Assembly (NCBI RefSeq): GCF_035084215.1
Contig: NC_090340.1
Location: forward strand, 15,128,001-15,192,000
Reading direction: 5' to 3'
DNA: 64,000 bases
From: Heptranchias perlo
Lineage: Eukaryota
Made by a program: the position numbers and the translations under genes. The notes beneath the pieces are model-generated. The model saw only the letters and a list, made by a program, of their open reading frames with translations, did no database searches and was not told the DNA's origin. How positions within the stretch are numbered: position 1 is the first letter of the stretch; each line of letters begins with the position of its first letter. This document shows positions 1 to 13,584 of the stretch, piece after piece.

Positions 1-131
1 CTCTTCCCACCAATATATCTAAATTCATGTTAAGCTTAACATTGTTTCTAAAAATACTTTTGAAAGCATAAACATGGAAACTGAATAAACATTTTAATAA
101 TTGAATGTAATCAAATATCATTCATTCCCAG

Positions 132-175
132 GTAAACAGGAAAGTGTAACAACACCGCACCGCAATGAAGAGCTG
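132..175 (+). CDS. Receptor gene A (inhibitory-type IgSF receptor; 5' part lies outside the window), cytoplasmic exon 1: xKQESVTTPHRNEEL
   Basis: Acceptor ttcattcccag|GT and donor GAGCTG|gtagg. The exon is 44 nt, phase 1 to 0, and homologous to 50974-51017 on the minus strand. Confidence 0.75.
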
Positions 176-697
176 GTAGGTTCATAACATTCATCCAGGA
201 AGAGGGTTCGAATTTAAATAAATATTATTATGATGGAGATATTTCATCAAAAGTATTTGTCCCTCTTTGATGCGTCATTCAAATCGTGTTTTGAGAATTA
301 TTTGGCACTTGTTGCGATGCTGGTGTAACTGGTTAAACAAAGGATAAAAACAAGGTATGATGGTAGCTTTATTCAACATATACATAGGTAATAATTACTG
401 GTAAATCCATCTAATCGTTGCTTTTGGAATCTGATATTACACGTCTAAGATTCTAAAATTATCTCTTGTTTAATCATATCTGTAACACTGCATGGTAGTG
501 AAAATTGACAGGTTGGAATGTGAGTTACAGTGGACACACGATTTACCGGCCTTAATATTCGTACATTTTTAAATATATTCACTGTGGTTTTATTTGAAGT
601 CCCGATCATTCTGTGCAATATTCCATCAGCAGTCTGTAAACTGGCGAAGGCAATGAACTAGCCACATAACAAGACAATTTCCTTCTGGCCCATGCAG

Positions 698-799
698 GCA
701 GCAGAGAATGAGATAGCGCCTTATGCTGCATTAGATATGAGCAAAGCGAAGAGAACCCCAGGACGTAAACGTGAAGAGGCGAGGGCAGTATACGCTCAG
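698..799 (+). CDS. Gene A cytoplasmic exon 2: AAENEIAPYAALDMSKAKRTPGRKREEARAVYAQ
   Basis: Acceptor ccttctggcccatgcag| and donor GCTCAG|gtaggg. The exon is 102 nt, phase 0-0, the same length as its homolog at 50334-50435, and carries two Tyr motifs. Confidence 0.8.
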
Positions 800-1005
800 G
801 TAGGGCCGAGAAGCAGATAAGGGAACATAGACCACCACCGTGGCACTAACATTCATGTAATAGCGGAGTATTTTGGATTGTGCTGACTTTAACCGTGTAT
901 TGTATCTAAAGCTATTTGTGAGTTATTCGGATGACTACTTTGAGCAGCAGTCCACAAACTGTTAAAAAGACCAATCAACAACACTTCCAAACATTGGCGT
1001 TTCAG

Positions 1006-1179
1006 GTAAAACAAGGAAGAGCCCGTGACAAGCTGACGTACGCGACTCTAGAATTGTCTGGCTCCGGGAAAGCGAGGAAATCTAAAAATAACCGGCAAAG
1101 CACAGAATATGCCGAGCTTCAGGGGAAAAAACAAAGAAGAGTAACAGAGGTCGTCTACACAGAAGCAAGAACCAAATAG
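1006..1179 (+). CDS. Gene A terminal coding exon with ITIM (LTYATL), ITSM-like motif (TEYAEL) and VVYTEA
   Basis: Acceptor ggcgtttcag|GTA. Open frame VKQGRARDKLTYATL...STEYAEL...VVYTEARTK* (3' part of ORF 931..1179). Paralogous exons at 49959-50126 and 18640-18825. Confidence 0.85.
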   Translation, partial: VKQGRARDKLTYATLELSGSGKARKSKNNRQSTEYAELQGKKQRRVTEVVYTEARTK

Positions 1180-1483
1180 TGATGCAATCTTAGGCACATA
1201 AATCAGTTTACTGGTGTATATTAATTTATCCCGCAGCCATATCAATTCCATTGATATCAATGAAAAAGAAAATCTGTTGGTTCCTATAAAAGGCCGGAGA
1301 TCCGATGCAGCAGTTTACCGCCTAAGCAGTGTCAGTGTGAATTGTCCCCATGTGAATGTTTATCCATGTTATCCAATCACCATGTATCCGAGATGTAACA
1401 CATTCCAGTATCGTGGTATATAATACACCTGTATATTTGGTTCCATTATTTGGGGATTATTAGTCAGCAATATAGTTACTTGT

Positions 1484-1489
1484 AATAAA
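1484..1489 (+). promoter_or_regulatory. Candidate polyadenylation signal of gene A
   Basis: AATAAA about 305 nt after the stop. The same aataaaaaca context occurs at a similar distance from the stop in pseudogene C (49623-49628, minus). Confidence 0.55.
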
Positions 1490-2514
1490 AACATTTTCAA
1501 GTTGAATCTGTATTATTTAATATATGACGCATCTATACTATTTCAATTATAATGATAGGCTAACTGTCATGCTGTAGATACTTACATCGTGTTTATATAT
1601 TCAACAAAAATGGATGTTTTACGTTCTCCTTGTTAAAAAATCAACCATAATACATAAGTAATACATATGTCTGGGAACAAAACGGCACGCAACTGAGTTT
1701 TGACTTTACGCGTTGTGTCACTGTATTCCGGCTTCTAGCCCAGCCGATGCTCCTGGAGCGGAGAGCAGGAAGTTTCAATCCATGGATTGGTCCATAAACT
1801 CTGTGAACTCAGATTCTGCATGACGGTACAAGAGACACAGTTGCCCGAACTCTGGGATGGCTATCGATTCTTTTCCGAAACGTTATACCAAGACAATCCA
1901 CAGTCACCTTGGAGGGAACAGCCCTGATTATCCTCATTAAGTCCAATTTTCAGAAGGAGATTGATGTTTGGGAGAGAGTTCTGAAACGAGCAATATAAAT
2001 TATTCTGGGGTTTTTAATTTAACTTATGAGAAAACATATACTAAGCTAAATGAATTTTCGTTGAATAAACCATGATCTAGGCATTTAAAATATTGCGAGG
2101 CCTGGGCAATGGAAATACAAACAGGATAGTTGATTCAGATATTTAACATGCAATAGAGGTTCAACATTAACAAGCCTCAATGAAGAAGGGAATAGAACTA
2201 CATACACTCATTCCTTATAGAGTGGTTCCCTTGTCAGGAAAGAGATAACTCGTGGTTTAAAATGTTAAATTAAGACCTATTTGGGAAGTAGCTAGACTAA
2301 ATTACAGGGTTCGAACATTGTGCAACTGTTACTGGAAGTACGGTAGCCCGGCTGTTCCAGTGATTAAGTCTTTGACTCCAAATTTAAAGACAATACAAGA
2401 GGAAGTGAATGAGTTGCCTCTTGCTTCGTGCAACTATCATGGTTGGGTGACTGTGTGCGTTATCAAGCAGGAGGATAGGATCAATGCCAAGGGGTTGGAA
2501 TCCTCGAATGTTAT

Positions 2515-3745
2515 AGCATAGAAACCGGACATTCGGCTCATAGAGTCTGCAACCTTATTTTTCTCCACATATACCACTTAGTTAATTCTCTTCTTCGATC
2601 TCCACAGTGTTCAATATTCCTCTTTTTCATTCAGCTCCTTCCCATTGAAAAGGGTTTCTGCTTCAATAACGGAAGCAGTGAATTCCAAATTTTCGTACTC
2701 TAACAATGGTATATGTGAGAAGCATTTTATATCCCTGTTATTACTGTCCACGCGCCAGTGGTAATAATTTATCAGTATAACCTTATTACAATCCTTCACA
2801 ACCTTGAAAAACTTTGCATGCTCACCCCTTAATCTTCTCAGCTCCATTCATGAAAGCCCTAGCTTCTCCTCAAATTTCTCCTTAACTTTAACCCCACATC
2901 CTTGGTAACATAGTCGTTAATATATGCTGCACGCCTTCAATTGTTTTTCTATCCTTCTTGTAATAGGGTGTTCATTCCTGAACACAACACTCAATTACAA
3001 TCTAACTAAAGTCAAGTACAACATTACCACTTTGTTTTTCTATTTTATGCCTCTACGGCTTTTTGTGGCCGAAATTCCGTGAATGCCACCATTAATAACT
3101 TGCGTATTTGCACATCAAGATCACTACTCCTCTGCATCTTTTCAAATTCAACCACTTTAGGATTGGTTTTTTTCCTGTTTTATCTCCAAACATGAATTAC
3201 TTCAAATTGTTCTGCCTTCTACATCTGCTACCTAACTGTCCATCCAGCGATGTCTATCAATATCCCCCTGCAGGATGTCACAAACTCCATCCTAATTCTC
3301 CATTCTCCCCTTCTCATCAGATGTCATCTTCAAATTTGCATGTTAATCCCTCAATTCCCATGAACCGATAATTTTTGTGTGCAGTAAATAAAAGCTGCAC
3401 CAACTCAGGTGGCTATAAAACACCAGTCATCAAATACTTCCATTCCAAGAAGCTGCATTTTATCCCTATACTTTGTTTGCTAGCTTCCAACCATCGCTCT
3501 ATCGTGGTGGCTAGATTCGTCTTACTCCATGTGGTGAGGGTCTGTTTTGTGATACCTTATCAAATGCATTTCGAAAGTCCATGTGAATCACATCCACAAC
3601 CTTTCCTTTGTCTTTTCCCTCTGTTATTTCTTCAAAGAATTCTCTAAGGGAAGCCAAGCACGACCTGCCATTTAGAAATCCGTGCTGGTTGGCCTTGATG
3701 ACCTTTTGTTTCGACAAGTGCCTGGCAGTTTTATCTAGATTGACA
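2515..3745 (-). mobile_element. Old degraded CR1 LINE (RT region and 3' end)
   Basis: ORF 3511..3753 reads QHGFLNGRSCL..L.EFFEE...VDVIHMDFRNAFDKV. A CR1-like 3' tail lies near 2515. Boundaries are approximate. Confidence 0.75.
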
Positions 3746-5087
3746 CAGGGCACATTAAATGTAAGTAAATGTTCAACAACTAGGATTATGTTTCAAATTA
3801 ATTTCACATTCGGTTTTCTCATCTAATAACTGCATAATGTTTGAAGAATAATGTTTCAAAATTCTTTTGCCAACGAGTTAACCAATTGTGATACATTCGT
3901 GAAAAGTCAACGAGAGGGCGCTCAGCCAGCCCTATGTTCTAAAAGGATGGAAACGATTAGCTGAAGATTTCGCCTTGTGTTTTTTGCTATACCAACAAGC
4001 GTTGCTGAATATCGACACCGGCGCGTGGGTTTCTAAAGCTAAGTAAAGACATGGCTCGTTTGCTCATCTCCGCTGTAGCAGTTCAAGTTTTAAATTTAGC
4101 TGTTAATTGCAACACTCTGAAAACTTAGCGAATGTTGCACAGCAGCAGTTATTACGCCTCGTGGTTCAGTGTAATTGTATCAACGGCCAATGCTCACATT
4201 TATTCATCCACACGCGCGTTTCAGTACATTAAAGCTGGCTAAACCACTGACACTTGGCTTAATTTAACGTACTGCAATACTATAATATTGATCACACTTG
4301 CTTCCAACTTGTAAGTTGTTGACAGCTGTCTAAAATGTCAAAAGTATTTGTTTAACGTGAAGCATATTTTATTCAATCGCCTTTTAATTGTAACAATTTT
4401 AAGAGGAGAGCCATTATTTAAAATTGCCCCTTGTCATGGTGTTTTACACATTAGGAATGCGTGTTGTAGGCGACCAAGGAGTGTATTGTGCATAGAACAT
4501 CTTATGGGATATCATTTAGTTCAACTTCATCCTCGTCGAAAGCATGACATCGGGTAGAAAGTAATTGTAATTTCACGGTAAGGGGAAGTTTCATATAAAA
4601 TCCGTGCTCCCAGTATGCCTTCAAGCAGCACTGTAACAATATATATATTTATCGTGACCGAAGATAGCAGTCAGTGTATAGGTATTTCCCTTTATAGCAC
4701 GAAAGGCTTAACCGACAGATTAGAAGAATGCGCTTCCCCTTTAAGAACACGCTGCCTTTGATTATGTTCAAAACGGTTCAAAAGTTAAGGAACACAAAAA
4801 GAAACAAGTATACAGACCAACATGCATGCACGTGTGATTACGTGCACGCATTCACACACACACCAAATTTATACTTTCTGTGCATACCCAGTGGAAAATT
4901 CCAACCTTGAGTATTAAAATGGATATATAATAAAAATCAAATATCAATAAGAATGGACAATCGTTTTGGCAGACTCAAAGGGGATAAAATCCAATTATTT
5001 CTCTATCTCTATCTTAACCCAGCACCAACACGTTGTAATTTCTCACCCATCCTAATCAGAAATGTATTTATTTCACCGATTCTGCAG

Positions 5088-5300
5088 TCACGGCGCTTGG
5101 TGCATTTTACAAGTCTGAGTCAGAACAAGCTGGGCTTTCAGTTAGATGCTGTCCATGATTTCTGGACCTAAGAATCAGGATTCTGATTCCACACAAACGG
5201 CCGGCTGCCCCGCTGCAGTTGATAACGTCGTCCCAGCTGATCGACGTGAACTGATTGTAGCGACTCCATTGGATATATTATTGTATATCCATAACACGTC
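5088..5300 (+). pseudogene. Possible heavily decayed V-domain exon remnant
   Basis: Acceptor-like ttctgcag at 5087. EQAGLS resembles EQADVS of gene C, and QLIDVN...DS..IYYC resembles the E-F strand motif. It has stops and indels and is too short for a full V domain. Confidence 0.25.
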
Positions 5301-5309
5301 ATTTTTTTT

Positions 5310-7148
5310 AGCACAGAGCTTGCTGAGTGCAAGAGTTGGGTGAATTTGCTGAACGGAGTGAATTGCAAACTGAGTGAGCACTTTAAAAGCGGAAATTTGG
5401 TGAGAGTAGAAATTAATAAGAGGGGTAGGAGGATCTAAATAATTTGTACCAAGGGGAAAAAGTAAATAAGCAAATATATCAATAAATAATCAGAAATTAA
5501 TTCGAATTAAGGGGATAAAATTAGAATTAACTAAACAGAGGATACCAACTTTAAAGGGATCTGAATTGCATTAATGAAAATCTGGTATACATAAAAATAA
5601 TAAATAGGATTTAAGTGGCTATTAACTAAAACATATATGCAACATGTGGCATACATATAAAACATAAGTAGATCGACTTTTAATTAAAATGTTTCGCCAG
5701 CAAAGACGCATTGCCTGCAATTCCGATGTTCTGGATAATTAAATGTGCAAGTGTCTCCAGCTGCTCGAACTCAAGCTCAGGGTTTCTGAGCATGAGGAGA
5801 GAATGGAGTCACGGCAAGGCATACGGGCGGGTGAGAATTTCCTGGATCGCATGTTCCAGGAGGTGGTCACTCCGCAGCCAGAGAGGAGGATAGTAAGTCG
5901 GTGGTCATTCGGCGGGGTGGGAAGAGTTAGGCAGTGCAGGAATTCTCCAGGATTGTGGCACTCTCTAACCAGTTTTCAGTACTGAATACTGGTGAGGGTG
6001 ACAACACCTCGGGGGATTGCAGTCCCGAGCATATCCACGTTACCATAGGCATATGACTGCACGGGGTGGGGGGCGGGGCGGCACTGCAAAGTGTAGAAAC
6101 GCAGTTGATACAGGGGATTCGATAGTCGGGGGGATAGACAGGCGTTTCAGCAACCGCCGACGTGAGTCTTGCATGGCGTGTTGCCTCTCGGGTGCCAGGG
6201 CAAAGGACATCACCGAACAAGTGCAGAATATTTTGCGTGGAAAAAGGGGACAGCTCGAAGGCGTGGTCAATTTTGAATCCATGACATTGATAGGAAAAGG
6301 GCTGAGGTCCTATGGACAGAGTTTCAGAAGCATGGATGAAAATAAAAGAGCAAGACTCAAAGGTAGTAATCTCTGGATTACTCCCAGTATCACGTGCTAG
6401 TGACTATGGGACCAGTAAGATAAGACAGGATAACGCATGGCTGGAGAAATGGTGTAGGAGGGAGGACTTCAGATTCCTGGGGCACTCGGACCAGTTCTGG
6501 GGCAGGAGGGACCTGGACAACAGGTTGGACCTCAACAGGGTTGGGACCAATGTCCTTGTGGAGAGTTTAACTGGTGCTGTGGGGGATGGTGTAAACTAAT
6601 TTGGCAGTTGGAAGGGCACCAGAATGAAGCATTAGAGAGGAGAAACAATCTGCACCGAGAACTGGGAGAGACAAACTGCATTAGAATAAAGAGTAGTTTA
6701 GAAATAGGAGGGATCAGACAGGGGTGAATGCGTGGTAGTCTAAGCTGGGCCTGGAATGCATGTGTGTAAATGCACGGAGCGTAGCAAATAAGGTTGGTGA
6801 GTTTCAGGCACAAGTAGCTGCATGAGATCATGATATAGCAGCAATAACGGGCACTTAGCTCAAACAAGGGGAGGAATTTGCACTTAATATTCCTGGCTAC
6901 ACGATATTTAGGAATGATAGGGAAAGATAAAAATGAGGGGATGGCAGCATTGATCAAAGATACTGCTCCAGCACTAGAAGGGGATGATGTACATGAAGTT
7001 TCAAAGACAGAATATATTTGGATAGAATTAAGGAACAATAGAAGAATTATTATGCTGCTGGATGTATACTATAGGCCTCTAAAATAGTGGGAAGGAGATA
7101 GAGGATCACATTGGCAGGCAACTTGCAGAAAGATGCAAGAATTATAGA
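5310..7148 (+). mobile_element. CR1 LINE, 5' part (5'UTR, ORF1 esterase, start of the APE endonuclease); interrupted by a younger CR1
   Basis: GDSIVGGIDRRF...CCLSGARAKDI and KVVISGLLPV (ORF1 SGNH-like); IWIELRN...YYRP (APE). The element resumes at ~11108. Confidence 0.85.
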
Positions 7149-10100
7149 ATCATAGAATCATAGAAGTTTACAACATGGAAACAGGCCCTTCGGCCCAACA
7201 TGTCCATGTCGCCCAGTTTATACCACTAAGCTAGTCCCAATTGCCTGCACTTGGCCCATATCCCTCGATACCCATCTTACCCATGTAACTGTCCAAATAC
7301 TTTTTAAAAGACAAAATTGTACCCGCCTCCACTGCTGCCTCTGGCAGCTCGTTCCAGACACTCACCACCCTTTGAGTGAATAAATTGCCCCTCTGGACCC
7401 TTTTGTATCTCTCCCCTCTCACCTTAAATCTATGCCCCCTCGTTATAGACTCCCCTACCTTTGGGAAAAGATTTTGACTATCTACCTTACCTATGCCCCT
7501 CATTATTTTATAGACTTCTGTAAGATCACCCCTAAACCTCCTACTCTCCAGGGAAAAAAGTCTCAGTCTATCCAACCTCTCCCTATAAGTCGAACCATCA
7601 AGTCCCGGTAGCATCCTAGTAAATCTTTTCTGCACTCTTTCTAGTTTAATAATATCCTTTCTATAATAGGGTGACCAAAACTGTACACAGTATTCCAAGT
7701 GTGGCCTTACTAATGTCTTGTACAACTTCAACAAGACATCCCAACTCCTGTATTCAATGTTCTGACCAATGAAACCAAGCATGCTGAATGCCTTCTTCAC
7801 CACCCTATCCACCTGTGACTCCACTTTCAAGGAGCTATGAACCTGTACTCCTAGATCTCTTTGTTCTATAACTCTCCCCAACGCCCTACCATTAACGGAG
7901 TAGGTCCTGGCCCGATTCGATCTACCAAAATGCATCACCTCACATTTATCTAAATTAAACTCCACCTGCCATTCATCGGCCCACTGGCCCAATTTATCAA
8001 GATCCCGTTGCAATCCTGGATAACCTTCTTCACTGTCCACAATGCCACCAATCTTGGTGTCATCTGTAAACTTACTAACCATGCCTCCTAAATTCTCATC
8101 CAAACCATTAATATAAATAACAAATAACAGCGGACCCAGCACCGATCCCTGAGGCACACCGCTGGACACAGGCCTCCAGTTTAAAACAAAAAACCCTCTA
8201 CAACCACCCTCTGTCTTCTGTTGTCAAGCCAATTTTGTATCTAATTGGCTACCTCACCTTGGATCCCGTGAGATTTAAACTTATGTAACAACCTACCATG
8301 CGGTACCTTGTCAAAGGCTTTGCTAAAGTCCATGTAGACCACGTCTACTGCACAGCCCTCATATATCTTCTTGGTTACCCCTTCAAAAAACTCAATCAAA
8401 TTCGTGAGACATGATTTTCCTCTCACAAAACCATGCTGACTGTTCCTAATCAGTCCATGCCTCTCCAAATGCCTGTAGATCCTGTCTCTCAGAATACCCT
8501 CGAACAACTTACCCACTACAGATGTCAGGCTCACCGTTCTGTAGTTTCCAGGCTTTTCCCTGCCTCGCTTCTGAAACAAAGGCACAACATTTGCTACCCT
8601 CCAATCTTCAGGCACCTCACCTGTAGCTGTCGATGATTCAAATATCTCTGCTAGGGGACCTGCAATTTCCTCCCGAACCTCCCATGACGTCCTGGGTTAC
8701 ATTTCATCAGGTCCCGGAGATTTATCTACCTTGATGCGCGTTAAGACTTCCAGCACCTCCCTCTCTGTAATATGTACACTCCTCAAGACATCACTATTTA
8801 TTTCCCCAAGTTCCCTAACATCCATGCCTTTCTCAACTGTAAATACCGATGTGAAATATTCATTTAGGATCTCACCCATCTCTTGTGGTTCCGCACATAG
8901 ATGACCTTGTTGATCCTTAAGAGGCCCTACTCTCTCCCTAGTTTCTCTTTTGCCCTTTACGTATTTGTAGAAGCTCTTTGGATTCTCCTTTGCCTTATCT
9001 GCCAAAGCAATCTCATGTCCCCTTTTTGCCCTCCTGATTTCTCTCTTAACTCTACTCCGGCAATCTCTATACTCTTCAAGGGATCCACTTGATCCCAGCT
9101 GTCTATACATGTCATATGCCTCCTTCTTCTTTTTGACTAGGGCCTCAATCTCCCGAGTCATCCAAGGTTCCCTACTTCTACCAGCCTTGCCCTTCACTTT
9201 GTAAGGAATGTGCTTACCCTGAACCCTGGTTAACACACTTTTGAAAGCTTCCCACTTACCAGACGTCCCTTTGCCTGCCAACAGACTCTCCCAATCAATT
9301 TCTGAAAGTTCCTGTCTAATACCATCAAAATTGGCCTTTCCCCAATTCAGAATTTTAACTTTTGGGCCAGACCTATCATTCTCCATAGCTATCTTAAAAC
9401 TAATGGAATTATGATCACTGGTCCCAAAGTGATCCCTTACTAACACTTCTGTCACCTGCCCTTCCTTATTTCCCAAGAGGAGGTCAAGTTTTGCCCCCTC
9501 TCTAGTCGGGCCATCCACATACTGAATGAGAAATTCCTCCTCAATACACTCAACAAATTTTTCTCCATTCAAGCCCCTAATGCTATGGCTGTCCCAGTCA
9601 ATGTTGGGAAAGTTAAAGTCCCCTACTATTACCACCTTATTTTTCTTGCAGCTGTCTGTAATCTCCTTACATATTTGCTCCTCAATTTCCCGTTGACTAT
9701 TTGGGGGTCTGTAGTACAATCCTATCAAAGTGATCTCTCCCTTCTTATTTTTCAGTTCTACCCATATAGACTCAGTGGGCGAACCCTCGGATATATCCCC
9801 TCTCACTACTGCCGTGATGTTCTCCCTAATCAAGAACGCAACTCCCCTTCCTCTCTTACCTCCTGCTCTAGCTTTCCTATAGTATCTGTAACCTGGAACA
9901 TTGAGCTGCCAGTCCTGCCCCTTCCTTAGCCATGTTTCAGTAATAGCTATAACATCCCAGTCCCATGTACCCATCCATGCCCTCAGTTCATCTGCCTTGC
10001 CCATCAGACTTCTTGCATTGAAATAAATGCACTTTAATCTAGATTTCACTTGGTCTTTGCCCTGCTCTCTCAGACCATCTGTCCGGTCATGTTTTGTACA

Positions 10101-11100
10101 CTCTCCCTTACTGCCTTTTGTTTCTGTCACCACTTTACTTCCCACTGACTTCCTGCATCGGTTCCCATCCCCCTGCCACATTAGTTTAAACCCTCCCGAA
10201 CAGCACTAGCAAACACTCCCCCTAGGACATTGGTTCCAGTCCTGCCCAGATGCAGACCGTCCAATTTGTACTGGTCCAACCTCCCCCCAGAACCGGTTCC
10301 AATGGCCCAGGAATTTGAATCGCTCCCTCTTGCACCATCTCTCAAGCCACGTATTCATCCTAGCTATCCTGTCATTCCTACTCTGACTAACCCGTGGCAC
10401 TGGTAGCAATCCTGAGATTACTACCTTTGAGGTCCTACTTTTTAGTTTAACTCCAAACTCCCTAAATTCAGCTCGTAGGACCTCATCCCGTTTTTTACCT
10501 ATATCGTTGGTACCTATGTGCACCACGACAACTGGCTGTTCACCCTTCCCCTTCAGAATGTCCTGCAGCCGCTCTGAGACATCCCTGACCCTTGCACCAG
10601 GGAGGCAACATACCATCCTGGAGTCTCGGTTGCGTCCGCAGAAACGCCTGTCTATTCCCCTCACAATCGAGTCCCCTATCACTATAGCTCTGACACTCTT
10701 TTTCCTGCCCTCCTGTGCAGCAGAGCCAGCCACGGTGCCATGAACCTGGCCGCTGTCACCTTCTCCTGGTGAGCCATTTCCCCCAACAGTATCCAAAACG
10801 GTATACCTGTTTTGGAGGGAGATGACCGCAGGGGACCCCTGCACTGCCTTCCTACTCTTCCTCTGTCTGTTGGTCACCCATTCACTATCTCCCTCAGTAA
10901 TTTTTATCTGTGGTGTGACCAACTCACTGAACGTGCTATCCACGACTTGCTCAGCATCGCGGATGCCCCAAAGTGAGTCCATCCGCAGCTCCAGAGCCGT
11001 CAAGCGGTCAAACAGTAGCTGCAACTGGACACACTTCCCGCAGGTGAAGGAACCAGGGACACAGGAGGGATCCCTGAATTCCCACATCCCACAAGAGGAA
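7144..11100 (-). mobile_element. Young, nearly full-length CR1 LINE (ORF1 zinc-finger/esterase plus ORF2 APE-RT), 5'-truncated, nested in an older CR1
   Basis: ORFs 10206..11177, 8697..10181, 8241..8615 and 7231..8169 carry APE motifs (NARS, ITETWL, GDFN, SDH) and RT motifs ([16 protein letters not shown]). ORF2 is broken only by stops at ~8697 and ~8241 and a frameshift near 8185. (TTCTATGA)n tail at 7144-7165. Confidence 0.95.
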
Positions 11101-11107
11101 GTGGGAT

Positions 11108-13565
11108 ATAAGGTAGTGATAATGGGGGACTTCAATTGTCCAAATATAGACTGGGGAAATAGCATTACAAAGGGCAAAGAAGGGAAGGGATTCTTGAAAT
11201 GTGTACAAGAGAATTTCCAATGAGGAAGGAATCAGTGCCGGATCTACACTGGGGAATGAAGTGGGGCTAGTGGAGCATGTTTCATTGGGGCAGCATTTGG
11301 GAAACAGTGATCAAAACATCATTAGATTTAGAATAGTTATGGAAAAGGACAAAGAAAGGTCAAAGATGAAAATACTCAACTGGAGGAGAGCTAATTTCAG
11401 TGAGTTGAAAAGGGATCTGGCCCAGGGGGATTGGAATCAAAGATTGGCAGGTAAAACATTAAATGAGCAATGCAAGGCCTTCAAATGGGATATAGTTCGG
11501 GTACAGACTAGAAACATTCCCACGAGCAGGAAGGAAGGGCAGTCAAAGCAAGAGCTCCATGGATAATGAAAGATATAGAGATTATAATGTAACAGGAAAA
11601 GGAGGCTTATGATAAATGTTAGGTTCATAATTCAGTTGAGAATCAAGCTGAATACAAAAAGTACAGAGGAGAGCTGAAAAGGAAATAAGAGGGGTAAAGA
11701 GCGTATATGAGAATAGAATAGCAGCTAACATAAAAGGGAACACAAAAGTCCTTCATAAATGTATAAATAGCAAAGAAAGTAATAATCAAAGGAAGAGTTC
11801 GGCCAATTAGGAACCAAAAAGGCGATATTCTTGTGGACGCAGAGGGCATGGCTGAGGTATTAACTGTGTACTTTGCATCTGTATTCACTACAGAAGAGGA
11901 TGCTGCCATTGTCAGGAAAGAAGGAGGTAGGAGAGACGTTGGATAGGATAAAAATGGACGAAAAGGAAGTACGTAATAGGTTGGCAGCGTTCAAAGTAGA
12001 GAAGTCACCTGGTCCAGAGGGGATGCATCCTAGGTTGCTGAGGGAAGTAAGGGTGAAAATTGAAATGGCTCTGGCCACAATCTTCCAATCATCCTTAGAC
12101 ATGGGAGTCGTGCCAGAGGACTGGAGGATTGGAAATGATACACCCCTGTTTAAAATAGGGGAGAAGAATAAACCCGGCAACTCCAGGCCAATCACTCTAA
12201 CGTCAGTGGTGGGGAAACTTTTAGAGACAAATATTCGGGACAAAATTAAATGGCACTTGGAAGAATATAGTTAATAAATGAAAGCCAGCATGGATTTGTT
12301 AAAGACAAATCGTGTTTGACTAACTTGATTGAGTTATTTGATGAAGTAATGGAGAAGGTTGATGTGGGTCGTGCAGCAGATGTTGTGTATATGGACTTTC
12401 AAAAGGTATTTGATAAAGTGCCACTTCTTAGACTTGTTAGCACGATTGAAGCCCATGGGATTAGAGGGGCAGTAGCTGCGAGGATACGCAATTGGCTGAG
12501 GGACTGAGAGCAGAGTATTGGTGAGCGGCTGTTTTTCAGACTGGAGGGAAGTGTGCAGTGATGTACCCCAAGGGTCGCTGTTGGGTCGACTGCTCTTTGT
12601 GAAATATGTTAATGACCTGGACTTAGGTAAACAGGGCATAATTTCAAAGTTTGCAGATGACAATAAACTTGGAAATGTAGAAAACAGTGAGGACGATGGT
12701 AAAGGACTCCAGAAGGAAAAGGCAGACTGATGTAATGGGCAGACACATGACAGTTGAAATTTAATGCAGTGAAATCTTTCATTTTGGTAGGAAGAAAGAG
12801 GATAGGCATTATTACCGAAATGGTACAATTTTAAAGGGGGTGCAGCAACAGAGAGACCTGGGGTTGCACGTACACAAATCTTTGCAGGTGGCAGGACAAG
12901 TTGAGAAGGCTGTTAAAAAGGCATACGGGATCTTTGGCTTTCTAAATAGAGGCATAGAATATAAAAGCAAGAAAGTTATGCTAAACCTTTACTAAACAAT
13001 GGTTAGGCCCCAGCTGGAGCATTATGGCCAATTCTGGGCACCTCAATTTGGCAAGGTTGTCAAGGCTCTAGAGAGGGTGCAGATGAGACTTACTAGAATG
13101 GTACCAGGGATTAAAGACTTCAGTTTCTTGGACAGATTAGAGAAATTGGTGTTATTCTCCTTGGACCATGGAAGGTTACGGGGAGATTTGATAGATGTGT
13201 TAAAAATCATGAAGGGTTTTCATAGATTAAATAAGGAGAAAATGTTTCCAGTGGCAGAAGGGCCGATAACCAAGGGATACATATTAAAGATAATTCACAA
13301 AAGAACCAGAGGCGACATGAGGGGAAAATATTTACGTAGCGAGTTGTTATGATCTGGAATGCACTGCCTGAAAGGGTGGTGGAAGGAGATTCAAGAATAA
13401 CTTTCCAAAGGATATTCGATACATACTTGAAGGGAGAAATTTGCTGGGCAATGAGGACAGAGCAGGGGAATGGGACGAATTGGATAGCACTTTAAAAGAG
13501 CCGGCAGAGTCACGATGGGCTGAATGGCCTCCATATGTGCTGCATCATTCTAGGATTCTATGATT
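11108..13565 (+). mobile_element. CR1 LINE, 3' part of the host element that begins at ~5310
   Basis: Continues VVIMGDFNCPNIDW, KSPGPEGMHPR, YMDFQKVFDKV, KFADD and VRPQLE. Ends in attctaggattctatgatt. Confidence 0.9.
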
Positions 13566-13584
13566 TACACAATGTGCACTTTTA

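Noticed and set aside
10206-11223. 323-aa ORF with a novel N-terminus, and the overlapping 133-aa plus-strand ORF
   Set aside because: Both are chance read-throughs across the junction between the nested CR1 and its host.
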